The translations under genes and the position numbers were made by a program. Below are positions 20,007 through 28,821 of a stretch of 64,000 bases of DNA, in pieces (within the stretch, counting starts at the first letter, position 1; every line of letters starts with the position of its first letter). This stretch comes from a virus, in the IMG/VR virus record IMGVR_UViG_3300025141_000030. The stretch is one strand, 5' to 3'. The notes under the pieces are model-generated. The model did not search any database, was not told the origin of the DNA, and saw nothing but the letters and a program-made list of their open reading frames with translations.

Positions 20007-21605
20007 GTGGCCGTCAATAAGGAGCGGCAGGTAAAGGAGATAATTCGGTGCGGCAAGGACCCTCTCTATTTTATTAATCAGTACGCCAAGATAGTCCACA
20101 CTTCGAGGGGCACAATTCCGTTTAAGACGTATCCCTTTCAAGACGAGTGTATTCGCCAGTTTTTAGATCACCGATTTAATGTTGTCCTGAAGGGGCGACA
20201 GCTTGGGATGTCAACGCTGACCGCATCATACGCTGTCTGGCTGGCACTCTTTCACAAGGATAAGAAGATCCTTATTATTGCCAACAAGCTGGATATTGCC
20301 GTTAACTTTATGAAGAAGGTCAAGGGAATTCTCCGGGGCCTTCCAAAGTGGCTTGTCCTTCCTGACGTTGTCTCCAATAATCGCCAGTCGGTTGAGTTTA
20401 GTCACGGGTCTTCCATCAAGGCCATTCCCACATCCGACGACGCCGGTCGATCGGAGGCCCTAAGCCTGCTGATCGTGGACGAGGCAGCTTTCGTCAGGAA
20501 TTTTGATGAGCTGTGGACAGGCTTGTACCCCACCCTATCGACCGGTGGTCGTGCCATATTAATATCTACCCCCAACGGTGTGGGAGGCATGTACCACCAG
20601 ATCTATACTGACGGCGAGGCTGGAATTAATGAGTTCAATGCCATTCGGCTCCCGTGGGATGTCCATCCAGACTATGATGATGTGTGGTTCGAGCAGCAGT
20701 CGAAGAATTTGGGCTCTAATCGAAGGGTCGCTCAGGAGCTCCTGTGTGACTTCGTGACCTCCGGAGATACGTTCCTATCTACTAATGAGGTCGAGTACCT
20801 TAGAACCATGGTCAGGCCTCCCATAGATAGGCTGGGGACTGACCGTAACGTGTGGGTGTGGAAACATCCGCTGTCATCCCATCAGTATGTCATCTCTGCC
20901 GACATCGCCCGTGGTGACGGCAAGGACTTCTCGGCATTTCATGTTATTGATACGACTGAGGACGAGGTGGTGGCTGAGTACAAGGGAAAAATACCTCCAG
21001 ACAGGTTTGGTGAGCTTTTGGTGGAGATGGGCATGCTTTATAATGAGGCGCTTCTTTGTCCGGAGAATAACTCCTTTGGATATGCGACTCTAGTCAAGAT
21101 ACGTGACATGAACTATCCTCGTATCTACCATCCTAAATCTAGGGGACTTCACCTCTTTGGATATAGTCCGGTTGGCGACGAGCAGAAGGCAGGGTTTAAC
21201 ACCAACGGCAAGAATAGGATGCAGATACTGGCAAAGTTAGAGGAGGTTCTACGCAACAAGCAGATAGCGATATACTCTAGTCGATTCTACGAAGAGGTCA
21301 AGTCATTCATATACCACGGCGGTAAGGCACAGGCAATGAAGGGCAAGAATGACGATCTAGTTATGAGCCTTGCTATCGGCCTCTGGCTATTTGACACCTC
21401 AGCTGATGCTTCAAAATACGGTGCCCAACTGAATAATGCAATGCTCGCCGGAATGTCGACACAGTCAAATACTTTTGATAATGTTAAAAATAGCGGTAAT
21501 GAGGTCAAGCCGACGCTTAACCCATTTTCAGCACCAAAGGATTATAGTCAGCCACAGTTTGCAACTGAGGAAGAGTTAAAGAAAAAGTTTAAGTGGCTAT
21601 TTTGA
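20007..21605 (+). CDS. terL: Terminase large subunit (T4 gp17-like)
   Basis: YPFQ Q motif, KGRQLGMST Walker A, LLIVDEAAF Walker B, ISTPNG; nuclease SADIARGDGKDFS, CPENN and NDDLVMS. Confidence 0.95.
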   Translation: MAVNKERQVKEIIRCGKDPLYFINQYAKIVHTSRGTIPFKTYPFQDECIRQFLDHRFNVVLKGRQLGMSTLTASYAVWLALFHKDKKILIIANKLDIAVNFMKKVKGILRGLPKWLVLPDVVSNNRQSVEFSHGSSIKAIPTSDDAGRSEALSLLIVDEAAFVRNFDELWTGLYPTLSTGGRAILISTPNGVGGMYHQIYTDGEAGINEFNAIRLPWDVHPDYDDVWFEQQSKNLGSNRRVAQELLCDFVTSGDTFLSTNEVEYLRTMVRPPIDRLGTDRNVWVWKHPLSSHQYVISADIARGDGKDFSAFHVIDTTEDEVVAEYKGKIPPDRFGELLVEMGMLYNEALLCPENNSFGYATLVKIRDMNYPRIYHPKSRGLHLFGYSPVGDEQKAGFNTNGKNRMQILAKLEEVLRNKQIAIYSSRFYEEVKSFIYHGGKAQAMKGKNDDLVMSLAIGLWLFDTSADASKYGAQLNNAMLAGMSTQSNTFDNVKNSGNEVKPTLNPFSAPKDYSQPQFATEEELKKKFKWLF

Positions 21606-21678
21606 CTTTAACTATTGCACCAGAATAATTAAATTTATACTAGTAAGAAAGAGCTCGATGCTAATTTGAGAGCGAGAT

Positions 21679-23637
21679 ATGGCAGAAAAGAACCCAGGAT
21701 TATTTAAAAGACTGACCCGCCTTTTTAGGAGTGGACCGGTCGTTAAGCACAAAATTAAGGCCAGGCAGTCGGTGAATGCATCGACAGCTTTGGACCTGTT
21801 CAAGAAGTCGCAGAGCGCTATATACAGCAATGCACTTAACGCATATGGCCAGTATGATCGAATGGCGCGGTACGCTGATTTCTCTGAGATGGAGTACACG
21901 CCAGAGATTGCGAGCGCCTTGGACATCTACTCTCATGAGATCGCCTCACAGGATGATAAGGGTCGTGTCCTTCACATTACATCAGATAATAGTAAACTTC
22001 AAGGTATTTTAGAGGAACTATTTTATGATACCCTTAATATAGATTTCAATATTACTTCTTGGGCTAGAAACCTTTGCAAGTACGGTGACTTTTTTCTCTT
22101 TAACGATGTCTCTCCAGATTATGGTGTTGTCAATGCATTTCCAATACCAGTTAATGAGATTGAGCGCGAGGAGGGATTCGATCCTGAGGACCCGCTTGCT
22201 GTCCGCTTTCGCTGGGTGACCCAGGGTAATCAGCCCCTTGAAAATTGGCAGATCTCACACTTTAGGATCTTGGGAAATGATGCCTTCCTACCGTATGGTG
22301 CGTCCATATTGGAGGCGGCCAGGAGAATTTGGCGTCAGTTAATTCTCATTGAGGACGCTATGCTGGTATATCGTGTCGTCAGGTCACCTGAGAGAAGGGT
22401 CTTCTATATTGATGTGGGCAATGTCAGCCCTGAGGACATACCAGCATATATGGAGCAGGCAAAAGCCGCTCTTCGTAGTAACCAGGTCCTCGATCGCACC
22501 TCCGGCCGTGTCGACCTTAGGTATAATCCGCTTTCGGTAGACGAGGATTACTTCTTGCCAGTGAGGGGAGATACCTCAGGCACCAAGATTGATACGCTGG
22601 CTGGAGGTACTAACGTTACGGCTATTGAGGATGTTGAGTACATTCAAAAGAAGCTTTTTGCAGCTTTAAAGATTCCGCGTGCTTATCTCGGATATGATGA
22701 GATGCTGTCATCCAAGGCAACATTGGCCCAGGAGGATATTAGGTTTTCGCGCACCATTAATAGCATCCAGCGTGTTTTAATATCGGAGCTTAATAAGCTG
22801 GCTATTGTCCATTTATTCTCCCATGGCTATGAGGGTGATGACCTGCTTAATTTTGACATTCAGCTCTCTAACCCATCCACAATAGCCCAGCAGCAGAAGC
22901 TCGAGCTATATCGAACTAGGTTTGAGATCAGCGGACAGGCACCTGAGGGAATGCTCTCGCGTGATTATATTCGACGTAATATTCTGGGGCTCACTAAAAA
23001 GGAGATTCACATCATTGAGGTGGAGAAGGAGGCTGACAAGCAGCGCGACTTGGAAATTGAGTCTGTTGCTCTACCGGCCGATGCGGGTGATGATCCCGAA
23101 TCCGATACAGGTGCTCCTCCGGAGGAAGAGTCACCTCCAGCAGATGAGCCTGAGGGTGATGCTGGTGAAGACGCGGGTGGAGGCTTATTCGCCACACACG
23201 ATCGGGAATCAGGCCCGCAGCTTATGGAGGATGATGATGATATTATTGATGATTCATCCACGAATGGCTCACCAATTACTCCTACCGCCAGGGTAAGAAA
23301 GAATTCAAAGAAGCGACATCAGAGAAATAAGCGCCGAGACACTCACATGCCTGATTTTGCGTCCATGCTGTCTCACGACGACGTTTCATTCACCGATCCT
23401 TTTGGAAAGATTAGGGATGATAGCAGCAATCCACTTAGGAATCCGTTTAATGAGGCTGGGACTTCTGGCACCCTGCTCGACGCGTTTTATGACGGGAAGA
23501 TTAAAGAGCACGGTAGAATGACACAGGAAATACAGACTACGCTTAAAACGCTTGAGAAATCAATAGGTATAAAAAGACGGCAGCACTCAGGGGTGCTCGT
23601 TGAGGAAAGTGATAAACTAGGGGACAATAATGAGTAG
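21679..23637 (+). CDS. Portal protein (T4 gp20-like) with long acidic C-terminal tail
   Basis: PEIASALD, LIEDAMLVYRVVRSPERRVFYIDVGN, EDYFLPVRG..GTKIDTLAGG and YIQKKLFAALKIP are gp20-family motifs. Confidence 0.93.
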   Translation: MAEKNPGLFKRLTRLFRSGPVVKHKIKARQSVNASTALDLFKKSQSAIYSNALNAYGQYDRMARYADFSEMEYTPEIASALDIYSHEIASQDDKGRVLHITSDNSKLQGILEELFYDTLNIDFNITSWARNLCKYGDFFLFNDVSPDYGVVNAFPIPVNEIEREEGFDPEDPLAVRFRWVTQGNQPLENWQISHFRILGNDAFLPYGASILEAARRIWRQLILIEDAMLVYRVVRSPERRVFYIDVGNVSPEDIPAYMEQAKAALRSNQVLDRTSGRVDLRYNPLSVDEDYFLPVRGDTSGTKIDTLAGGTNVTAIEDVEYIQKKLFAALKIPRAYLGYDEMLSSKATLAQEDIRFSRTINSIQRVLISELNKLAIVHLFSHGYEGDDLLNFDIQLSNPSTIAQQQKLELYRTRFEISGQAPEGMLSRDYIRRNILGLTKKEIHIIEVEKEADKQRDLEIESVALPADAGDDPESDTGAPPEEESPPADEPEGDAGEDAGGGLFATHDRESGPQLMEDDDDIIDDSSTNGSPITPTARVRKNSKKRHQRNKRRDTHMPDFASMLSHDDVSFTDPFGKIRDDSSNPLRNPFNEAGTSGTLLDAFYDGKIKEHGRMTQEIQTTLKTLEKSIGIKRRQHSGVLVEESDKLGDNNE

Positions 23638-24478
23638 GTCACACAATAAAAAGAGAAATGTGGGACTGGTGTATGAGTTTTTAGTAAGATATATTTCTCG
23701 TGCCCTGGTCGAAAATAGGCAGGATTCTGCATCCGATGCTGTAGCTATTTTGAATAGACACTTTAAGGTGGACTCTGAGCTTTATAAGGAGTTCAGGTTA
23801 TTTAATTCGCTTCTAACCACGACTGTTTCTTCTACTAACGTCGTTAGTTCAATAATTAGTGAGGCACGACTTGGTGCTAAGCGGTGTGATATCAAAAAGC
23901 TGGATAGTGAAAAGTCGATGCTGATTCGAGAGATTAATCACGCGTTGAAGGATCCCACATTTTTTAATCAGTCGATAGACAACTATAAGGTCTACGCCAC
24001 AATTCAGACATTGTTGAATGACTGGCGAACTGGTGGCGACGTTAATATTGCCAAGATGGCGTCCTATGAGGACACACTGTCACAGTGGATACTTTGTGAA
24101 AAGGCTCCTCTTCCTGATATTGAGAGTCACAAGGATACAGATGTCAATGACATACTCGTGAACGTGATGATAGAAAGAATAGAGCAGAAGTACAGCAGCA
24201 TTCTCACTGAGGGTCAGCAGGAGCTCATAAGGGCATACGCCATTTCTTCTCATCACGGTGAGAATAGTGAGATTGTTAAAATGATGGAGTCGATCAGGAA
24301 TGAAACTCGACGCTCTATTGATAATTTCCTCTATGTCGGTGATCCCGATGAAACGTTAATCCAGAAGCTGCAGTCAGCAGCCTCTATAATTGATACCCCA
24401 GGAATCACTGAGATCAATGATGAAAATATGGAAAATCATCTTAAATTTATTAAACTCTCTGAGGAGCTACAGTCATGA
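23630..24478 (+). CDS. Hypothetical head-cluster protein
   Basis: 282 aa, overlapping the portal stop, starting HNKKRNVGLVYEFL. Lies between portal and protease. Confidence 0.65.
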   Translation: MSRSHNKKRNVGLVYEFLVRYISRALVENRQDSASDAVAILNRHFKVDSELYKEFRLFNSLLTTTVSSTNVVSSIISEARLGAKRCDIKKLDSEKSMLIREINHALKDPTFFNQSIDNYKVYATIQTLLNDWRTGGDVNIAKMASYEDTLSQWILCEKAPLPDIESHKDTDVNDILVNVMIERIEQKYSSILTEGQQELIRAYAISSHHGENSEIVKMMESIRNETRRSIDNFLYVGDPDETLIQKLQSAASIIDTPGITEINDENMENHLKFIKLSEELQS

Positions 24479-25071
24479 AGCTTTTAACCGAATACAACAT
24501 ATTTGAATATACTCCGGAGATGATCACGGAGTCAGTCGACATGAACGGCGGTAAGATTATAATGACCGGCGTGCTCCAAAAGGCTAACACTCTCAACCAG
24601 AATGGCAGAGTCTATCCCCTTCCTATTCTGCAGCGTGAAATAATGAACTACCAGAAATTTATCAGGGAGGGCAGGTCGCTAGGGGAACTTGATCATCCCG
24701 ACTCGTCAGTCGTTGAGCTTAAGAATGTCTCCCATATTGTAAGAGATGCCCAGATGGACGGCGATGTGGTTGTTGGAACCGTTGAGATACTCAACACGCC
24801 CTCTGGCAAGATTTTACGCAGTCTTATCGAGTCTGGCATTAAGTTGGGAATATCTTCTAGGGGCGTCGGAACCACCAAGCGCCAGGGAGACACCCAGGTT
24901 GTTCAGGATGACTTCCAGCTTATCTGCTGGGATTTCGTCTCTGAGCCATCGACACCAGGTGCTTTCATGGTGTCGGAGGGCCGCGACCTCAGTGAGGCTG
25001 AGATTAAAAATATATTCACAAAGTCTGACAGGATTGATAGAATTCTTAATGATATTATAGGAGATGAGTGA
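24475..25071 (+). CDS. Prohead core protease (T4 gp21-like)
   Basis: NQNGRVYP, LGELDHP, NVSH, TPSG, GISSRGVG and DFVSEPS motifs. Confidence 0.92.
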   Translation: MKLLTEYNIFEYTPEMITESVDMNGGKIIMTGVLQKANTLNQNGRVYPLPILQREIMNYQKFIREGRSLGELDHPDSSVVELKNVSHIVRDAQMDGDVVVGTVEILNTPSGKILRSLIESGIKLGISSRGVGTTKRQGDTQVVQDDFQLICWDFVSEPSTPGAFMVSEGRDLSEAEIKNIFTKSDRIDRILNDIIGDE

Positions 25072-25517
25072 TGGCATATTATAATAATGACGCGTCCAGC
25101 AGTCTTAGGTGGCCGACACCGGGAGTCATGGACGTCCCATCATACCAGGTCTCTGCATTGCCGTGGGTGACATCGTCGATTGCAACGACATCTGCACTAC
25201 AGGTTAATTTTCCATCTGTTACTCGATGGGTCGAGGTGCGTAATATGGGCAACAACAACCTGCGTATTGGGTTCACCGCCAACGGCGTAACAGCTAATCC
25301 GGCTAATCAGGCACACTATTTTGTCCTGTCAGGATCTAGCGCAGCACAACCCTCAGCTGCGACTGCCAGGTGGGAGCTTCGCTGCTCTAGGATGTACTTC
25401 GCCGCCGAAGCTGGGACAGCCTCATTCTCGCTGGCTGCGGGAATAACAGGAATACCCGAGCGGTACCTGAACGATATGTCTGGTTCTCTTGGCGGCGTCT
25501 ACGGCGGGGTAGGCTAA
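25071..25517 (+). CDS. Hypothetical head-cluster protein (beta-rich, possible decoration protein)
   Basis: TGATG coupling to the protease gene. ~148 aa with alternating beta-strand pattern. Confidence 0.55.
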   Translation: MAYYNNDASSSLRWPTPGVMDVPSYQVSALPWVTSSIATTSALQVNFPSVTRWVEVRNMGNNNLRIGFTANGVTANPANQAHYFVLSGSSAAQPSAATARWELRCSRMYFAAEAGTASFSLAAGITGIPERYLNDMSGSLGGVYGGVG

Positions 25518-25936
25518 TGAAGAGGGGCGAGCTCAAGGCACTTATTAAAGAGTGCGTTGTTGAAGTACTTCAGGACGGGCTTGGCACCAGCTATGCCGCG
25601 AAACCAGTCAGCAGGACCGGCTCAGCATCAGCTAGGCGATCTCCACAGCAGGAACGAAATCACCCGATGGATAACGTCAGCTATAGGATGAATGAGTCCC
25701 GTGCTCCCGCCCCTCCTCCTGTCAGCGTCAACACCAATCTCACCCAGGATCCAGTGTTGCAGTCGATATTTCAGGATACCGCTTCTAGCACCCTTCAGGA
25801 GCAGGTGGCGTCTGAGCGTCGAGGAGCTCCGATCACTGCCGGTTCCGATCGTGCTGCCAAGTTTATGGCGGAGCATGAGCCTGATGAGATTTTCGACGGT
25901 GCTAGTAATTGGGAGAAGCTCGCATTTGATATTTAA
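25517..25936 (+). CDS. Hypothetical head-cluster protein
   Basis: 139 aa with TAATG coupling. Starts MKRGELKALIKECVVEVL. Confidence 0.6.
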   Translation: MKRGELKALIKECVVEVLQDGLGTSYAAKPVSRTGSASARRSPQQERNHPMDNVSYRMNESRAPAPPPVSVNTNLTQDPVLQSIFQDTASSTLQEQVASERRGAPITAGSDRAAKFMAEHEPDEIFDGASNWEKLAFDI

Positions 25937-25950
25937 TTTCTATCGAGCCG

Positions 25951-25960
25951 TATATTTATA
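25951..25960 (+). promoter_or_regulatory. Candidate late promoter TATATTTATA
   Basis: Member of the recurring intergenic ATAnTTAT family before virion genes. Confidence 0.55.
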
Positions 25961-26000
25961 GTTGAGAAAGACATCATGCTTTCATTCCTAGGAGTTTAAA

Positions 26001-26543
26001 ATGTCAGGATTTAATCAGACCATCGTAGAGACAGTGGCCTCCAGCCGCGGACTCGGACATCGTAGTAAGTCTACCATGCAGGAGATGTTTCCATCATCGC
26101 CAATTCACAGTGGTGACATCGACGACGACAGTGTCAGGGAGCTCGCGCAGACACTCCTCCTAGGAGATGACCCCGGCCTTGCCGACGGCGATGCGTACTA
26201 CGGATTCAATCCGCCGTTTAGTAGGAACTTCACTTCTGGTGAGGCTCCAATGGGCCCCGGTGCTCCGAACATTCTGGACGTTGACGTCGGCGGTGAGGGC
26301 CTTCCCGGAACTCCGTACTCGCCAAACACTGCATCCCCGGGTGAGGGTAACGGTGTTGATGCCACAGCCATTCCCGATATTTCGGGTGACATGACAGGTC
26401 TTCCGGCCAATAATTCTTTCCCGTCGTCTGGTGGCGGACACGATTCGAATCCCACCGACACATCAGCAGCCATCGCTGCCCAGAATGATTCGGCCACTAC
26501 TATCGGTGCTTACATTATGGGTGAGGCGTATCCGTCTCCGTAA
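26001..26543 (+). CDS. Hypothetical Gly/Pro/Asp-rich protein
   Basis: 180 aa, AGGAG RBS, TATATTTATA motif upstream. Confidence 0.6.
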   Translation: MSGFNQTIVETVASSRGLGHRSKSTMQEMFPSSPIHSGDIDDDSVRELAQTLLLGDDPGLADGDAYYGFNPPFSRNFTSGEAPMGPGAPNILDVDVGGEGLPGTPYSPNTASPGEGNGVDATAIPDISGDMTGLPANNSFPSSGGGHDSNPTDTSAAIAAQNDSATTIGAYIMGEAYPSP

Positions 26544-26552
26544 GGAATTTTG

Positions 26553-27209
26553 ATGAGGTCGCTGTGGGAAGTAATTGACCTCCAGTTAGATGAGGGTCCC
26601 GAGCCTGCCTTGACATACGGTAAGTTCGATGCTCGAACTGGTCACGGCTACGGCGCCGTTCCCGGTGGTAAGTTTTCTGCCACTGGAAGTCCAATACCCG
26701 TAAACACCGCTAACCAGGCAAATGCCCAGTACCCCTATGCGGATCCTGACACCCACGAGGATGAGGATGAGGACGACGACGACTGGACTAGATTTTTAAA
26801 CGATCCCGACTTTCGACCGAAGTTTCTCACTAAGATGGGAATGCCGACTCATGCCGATGACCCATCGCCGTCCTTTGATAAGCGCTCATTTGTCGGGAAT
26901 GACCTCTTCGCCATCTCTGAGGGTCCGGGTGCATCGGAGCCTTACCCGGCACAGATGCCGATAGACACACCCTCGAAGTCAACTAGGATGTACAAGAACA
27001 GGGGCCCGGTCGCCGGCGGTACAGCTCCGCTAATGGGCCGGCAGTCAGCGGGTGCTCACACCATCGGCTCAAAGGCCGGCTGGTCGTCCAGTCCTCCTGT
27101 TAGGTTTGACCTCGATAATTTTATTGTTTATAGACTACAGGACATGCCGAGCAATGACCAGAGAGCCGTCATGAGAGCCGCACAATCGCCAGAAATTGTG
27201 GAAAAGTAG
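26553..27209 (+). CDS. Hypothetical low-complexity protein
   Basis: ~218 aa, AAGGA RBS, acidic EDEDEDDDD tract. Confidence 0.55.
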   Translation: MRSLWEVIDLQLDEGPEPALTYGKFDARTGHGYGAVPGGKFSATGSPIPVNTANQANAQYPYADPDTHEDEDEDDDDWTRFLNDPDFRPKFLTKMGMPTHADDPSPSFDKRSFVGNDLFAISEGPGASEPYPAQMPIDTPSKSTRMYKNRGPVAGGTAPLMGRQSAGAHTIGSKAGWSSSPPVRFDLDNFIVYRLQDMPSNDQRAVMRAAQSPEIVEK

Positions 27210-27263
27210 CGGAAAAAGTAAGGTTTTTTTCTGGTAATCTGATGTATTATTATCTTGTGAAAT

Positions 27264-27271
27264 ATAGTTAT
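27264..27271 (+). promoter_or_regulatory. Candidate late promoter ATAGTTAT (scaffold/capsid)
   Basis: Same motif family, 32 nt before the scaffold ATG. Confidence 0.5.
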
Positions 27272-27303
27272 TGTTTGAAGTGACTCTTAATGGAGGTTTG
27301 TCT

Positions 27304-28800
27304 ATGTCGTCCTCAATATACGAAGAGGCCCTGGCTGATGTGAAGAAGCTAAAGGAAGTTGCCGAGCAGAATGCCAAGAATGCTATTATTGATGCTGTTA
27401 CGCCAAAAATTCGAGAAATGATTGAAAAGCAGCTGATAGGAGATGATTCCGTCGATGAGGGCGATGTCCTCAACGATCTGGCTGAGAGCCTGTTTGATGA
27501 GGATGCAGAGGACGTGCAGTTGACGTCCGAGTCCCTGAAGGCGCTCTCTGGTCTGGTTAATTCTGGTGGACCGTCTTCTGTCAAGGACGCCGAGCTTAAC
27601 TCGCTGCTGGTGCAGGAGCGCCTCCTTATTATAATGGATGAGACGGGCGTGAATGCCCCGGATATTAATTCTCTCGTTGAAATGAAGAACGAGATTGTCA
27701 GCACGTATGCCACTCTGGTTGAGAATCGTGCAGATATTACTAACGCTGACTTTGAGCGGATTCAGAAGAGGCTCGCGTCGCTTGACCACTTTTTAAACGA
27801 AGCAATTGGAGAAAATGAGATGAACGAGAGAGACCTTCGAAGTATTCTCGACGAGGAGGCCCTGCGCCTTGTCCTCGACCTCGGTGATGAGGTTGAGTTT
27901 AACCCAGAGGACGTTGCAGTCAGCGTTGAAGCCGCCGAGGAGGAGGAGGTCGCCGCTGAAGACGACGACGCCCTTGATGTCGAGTCCGAGGAACTGTCAG
28001 CCGAGGAGGTCGTCAGTGACACCCCCGCCGGAGAAGATGATGATGCCACGCTGGGCGAGTCCGACGATGAGGACCTGCTTGAGATTAACGAGGACCAGCT
28101 TGCCAGCATGATCCGCTCCATCCTTAATGAGGATGACGGTGAGGACCTGGACGAGACCTCGGAAATTACTGAGGGCGACGACGACGTTGATGAGAGCCTG
28201 GAAATGTCGGATGAACAGGACCTGGACGAGGATCGAGTCGATCCGGCAAGTGAGGAGTCACCCGTTCCTGCGCAGAATGAGTCGGCATTGTCCGACGACA
28301 CCGTCGTTGAGATCTCCGAGTCCATGCTCCGAGACGAGCTCAGTAGGATGCGACGACTCCGCGAGTCATCCGCACCCGCAACAACTACAGAATCAAATAA
28401 TGGTAAGGGCACCTCAGGCGAGGTTGCCCAGCTTAAAGCACAGCTGCAGGAGTATCAGAAGGCTGTTTCTTCACTCCGCGGCCAGTTGGACGAATCAAAT
28501 CTGTTCAACGCCAAGCTTCTCTACGCCAATAAGCTCTTGCAGAGCCGCGACCTGTCCGACAGGCAGCGGGTCAATATTGTCGAGTCACTCGACAGTGCAA
28601 AGAGTTTGAGGGAGGTACGGCTCCTCTATAAGAGCCTCACAGAGTCGGTGGATACCAATAAGGGTAATCTCACTGAGTCCAAGAGGCGTCGGGCCGCGGG
28701 ATCAGCCTCGCGACCAACTCGCACCGGATCAGTCTCCAAGACCAGTGAGTCTTATCCTGAGAATGACCGGTGGGCCTTACTTGCAGGTTTAAACAAGTAA
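27304..28800 (+). CDS. Prohead scaffolding protein (gp22-like role)
   Basis: GGAGG RBS before ATG 27304. Highly acidic, with a C-terminal coiled coil and many (I/L)xE(S) sites. Ends RWALLAGL and sits immediately before the capsid gene. Confidence 0.75.
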   Translation: MSSSIYEEALADVKKLKEVAEQNAKNAIIDAVTPKIREMIEKQLIGDDSVDEGDVLNDLAESLFDEDAEDVQLTSESLKALSGLVNSGGPSSVKDAELNSLLVQERLLIIMDETGVNAPDINSLVEMKNEIVSTYATLVENRADITNADFERIQKRLASLDHFLNEAIGENEMNERDLRSILDEEALRLVLDLGDEVEFNPEDVAVSVEAAEEEEVAAEDDDALDVESEELSAEEVVSDTPAGEDDDATLGESDDEDLLEINEDQLASMIRSILNEDDGEDLDETSEITEGDDDVDESLEMSDEQDLDEDRVDPASEESPVPAQNESALSDDTVVEISESMLRDELSRMRRLRESSAPATTTESNNGKGTSGEVAQLKAQLQEYQKAVSSLRGQLDESNLFNAKLLYANKLLQSRDLSDRQRVNIVESLDSAKSLREVRLLYKSLTESVDTNKGNLTESKRRRAAGSASRPTRTGSVSKTSESYPENDRWALLAGLNK

Positions 28801-28821
28801 TTTTTTTGGAGAAAATTTAAT

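Noticed and set aside
27210-27236. Possible terminator GGAAAAAG..TTTTTTTCTGG before the scaffold gene
   Set aside because: The stem is almost entirely A-U/G-U and too weak to call.
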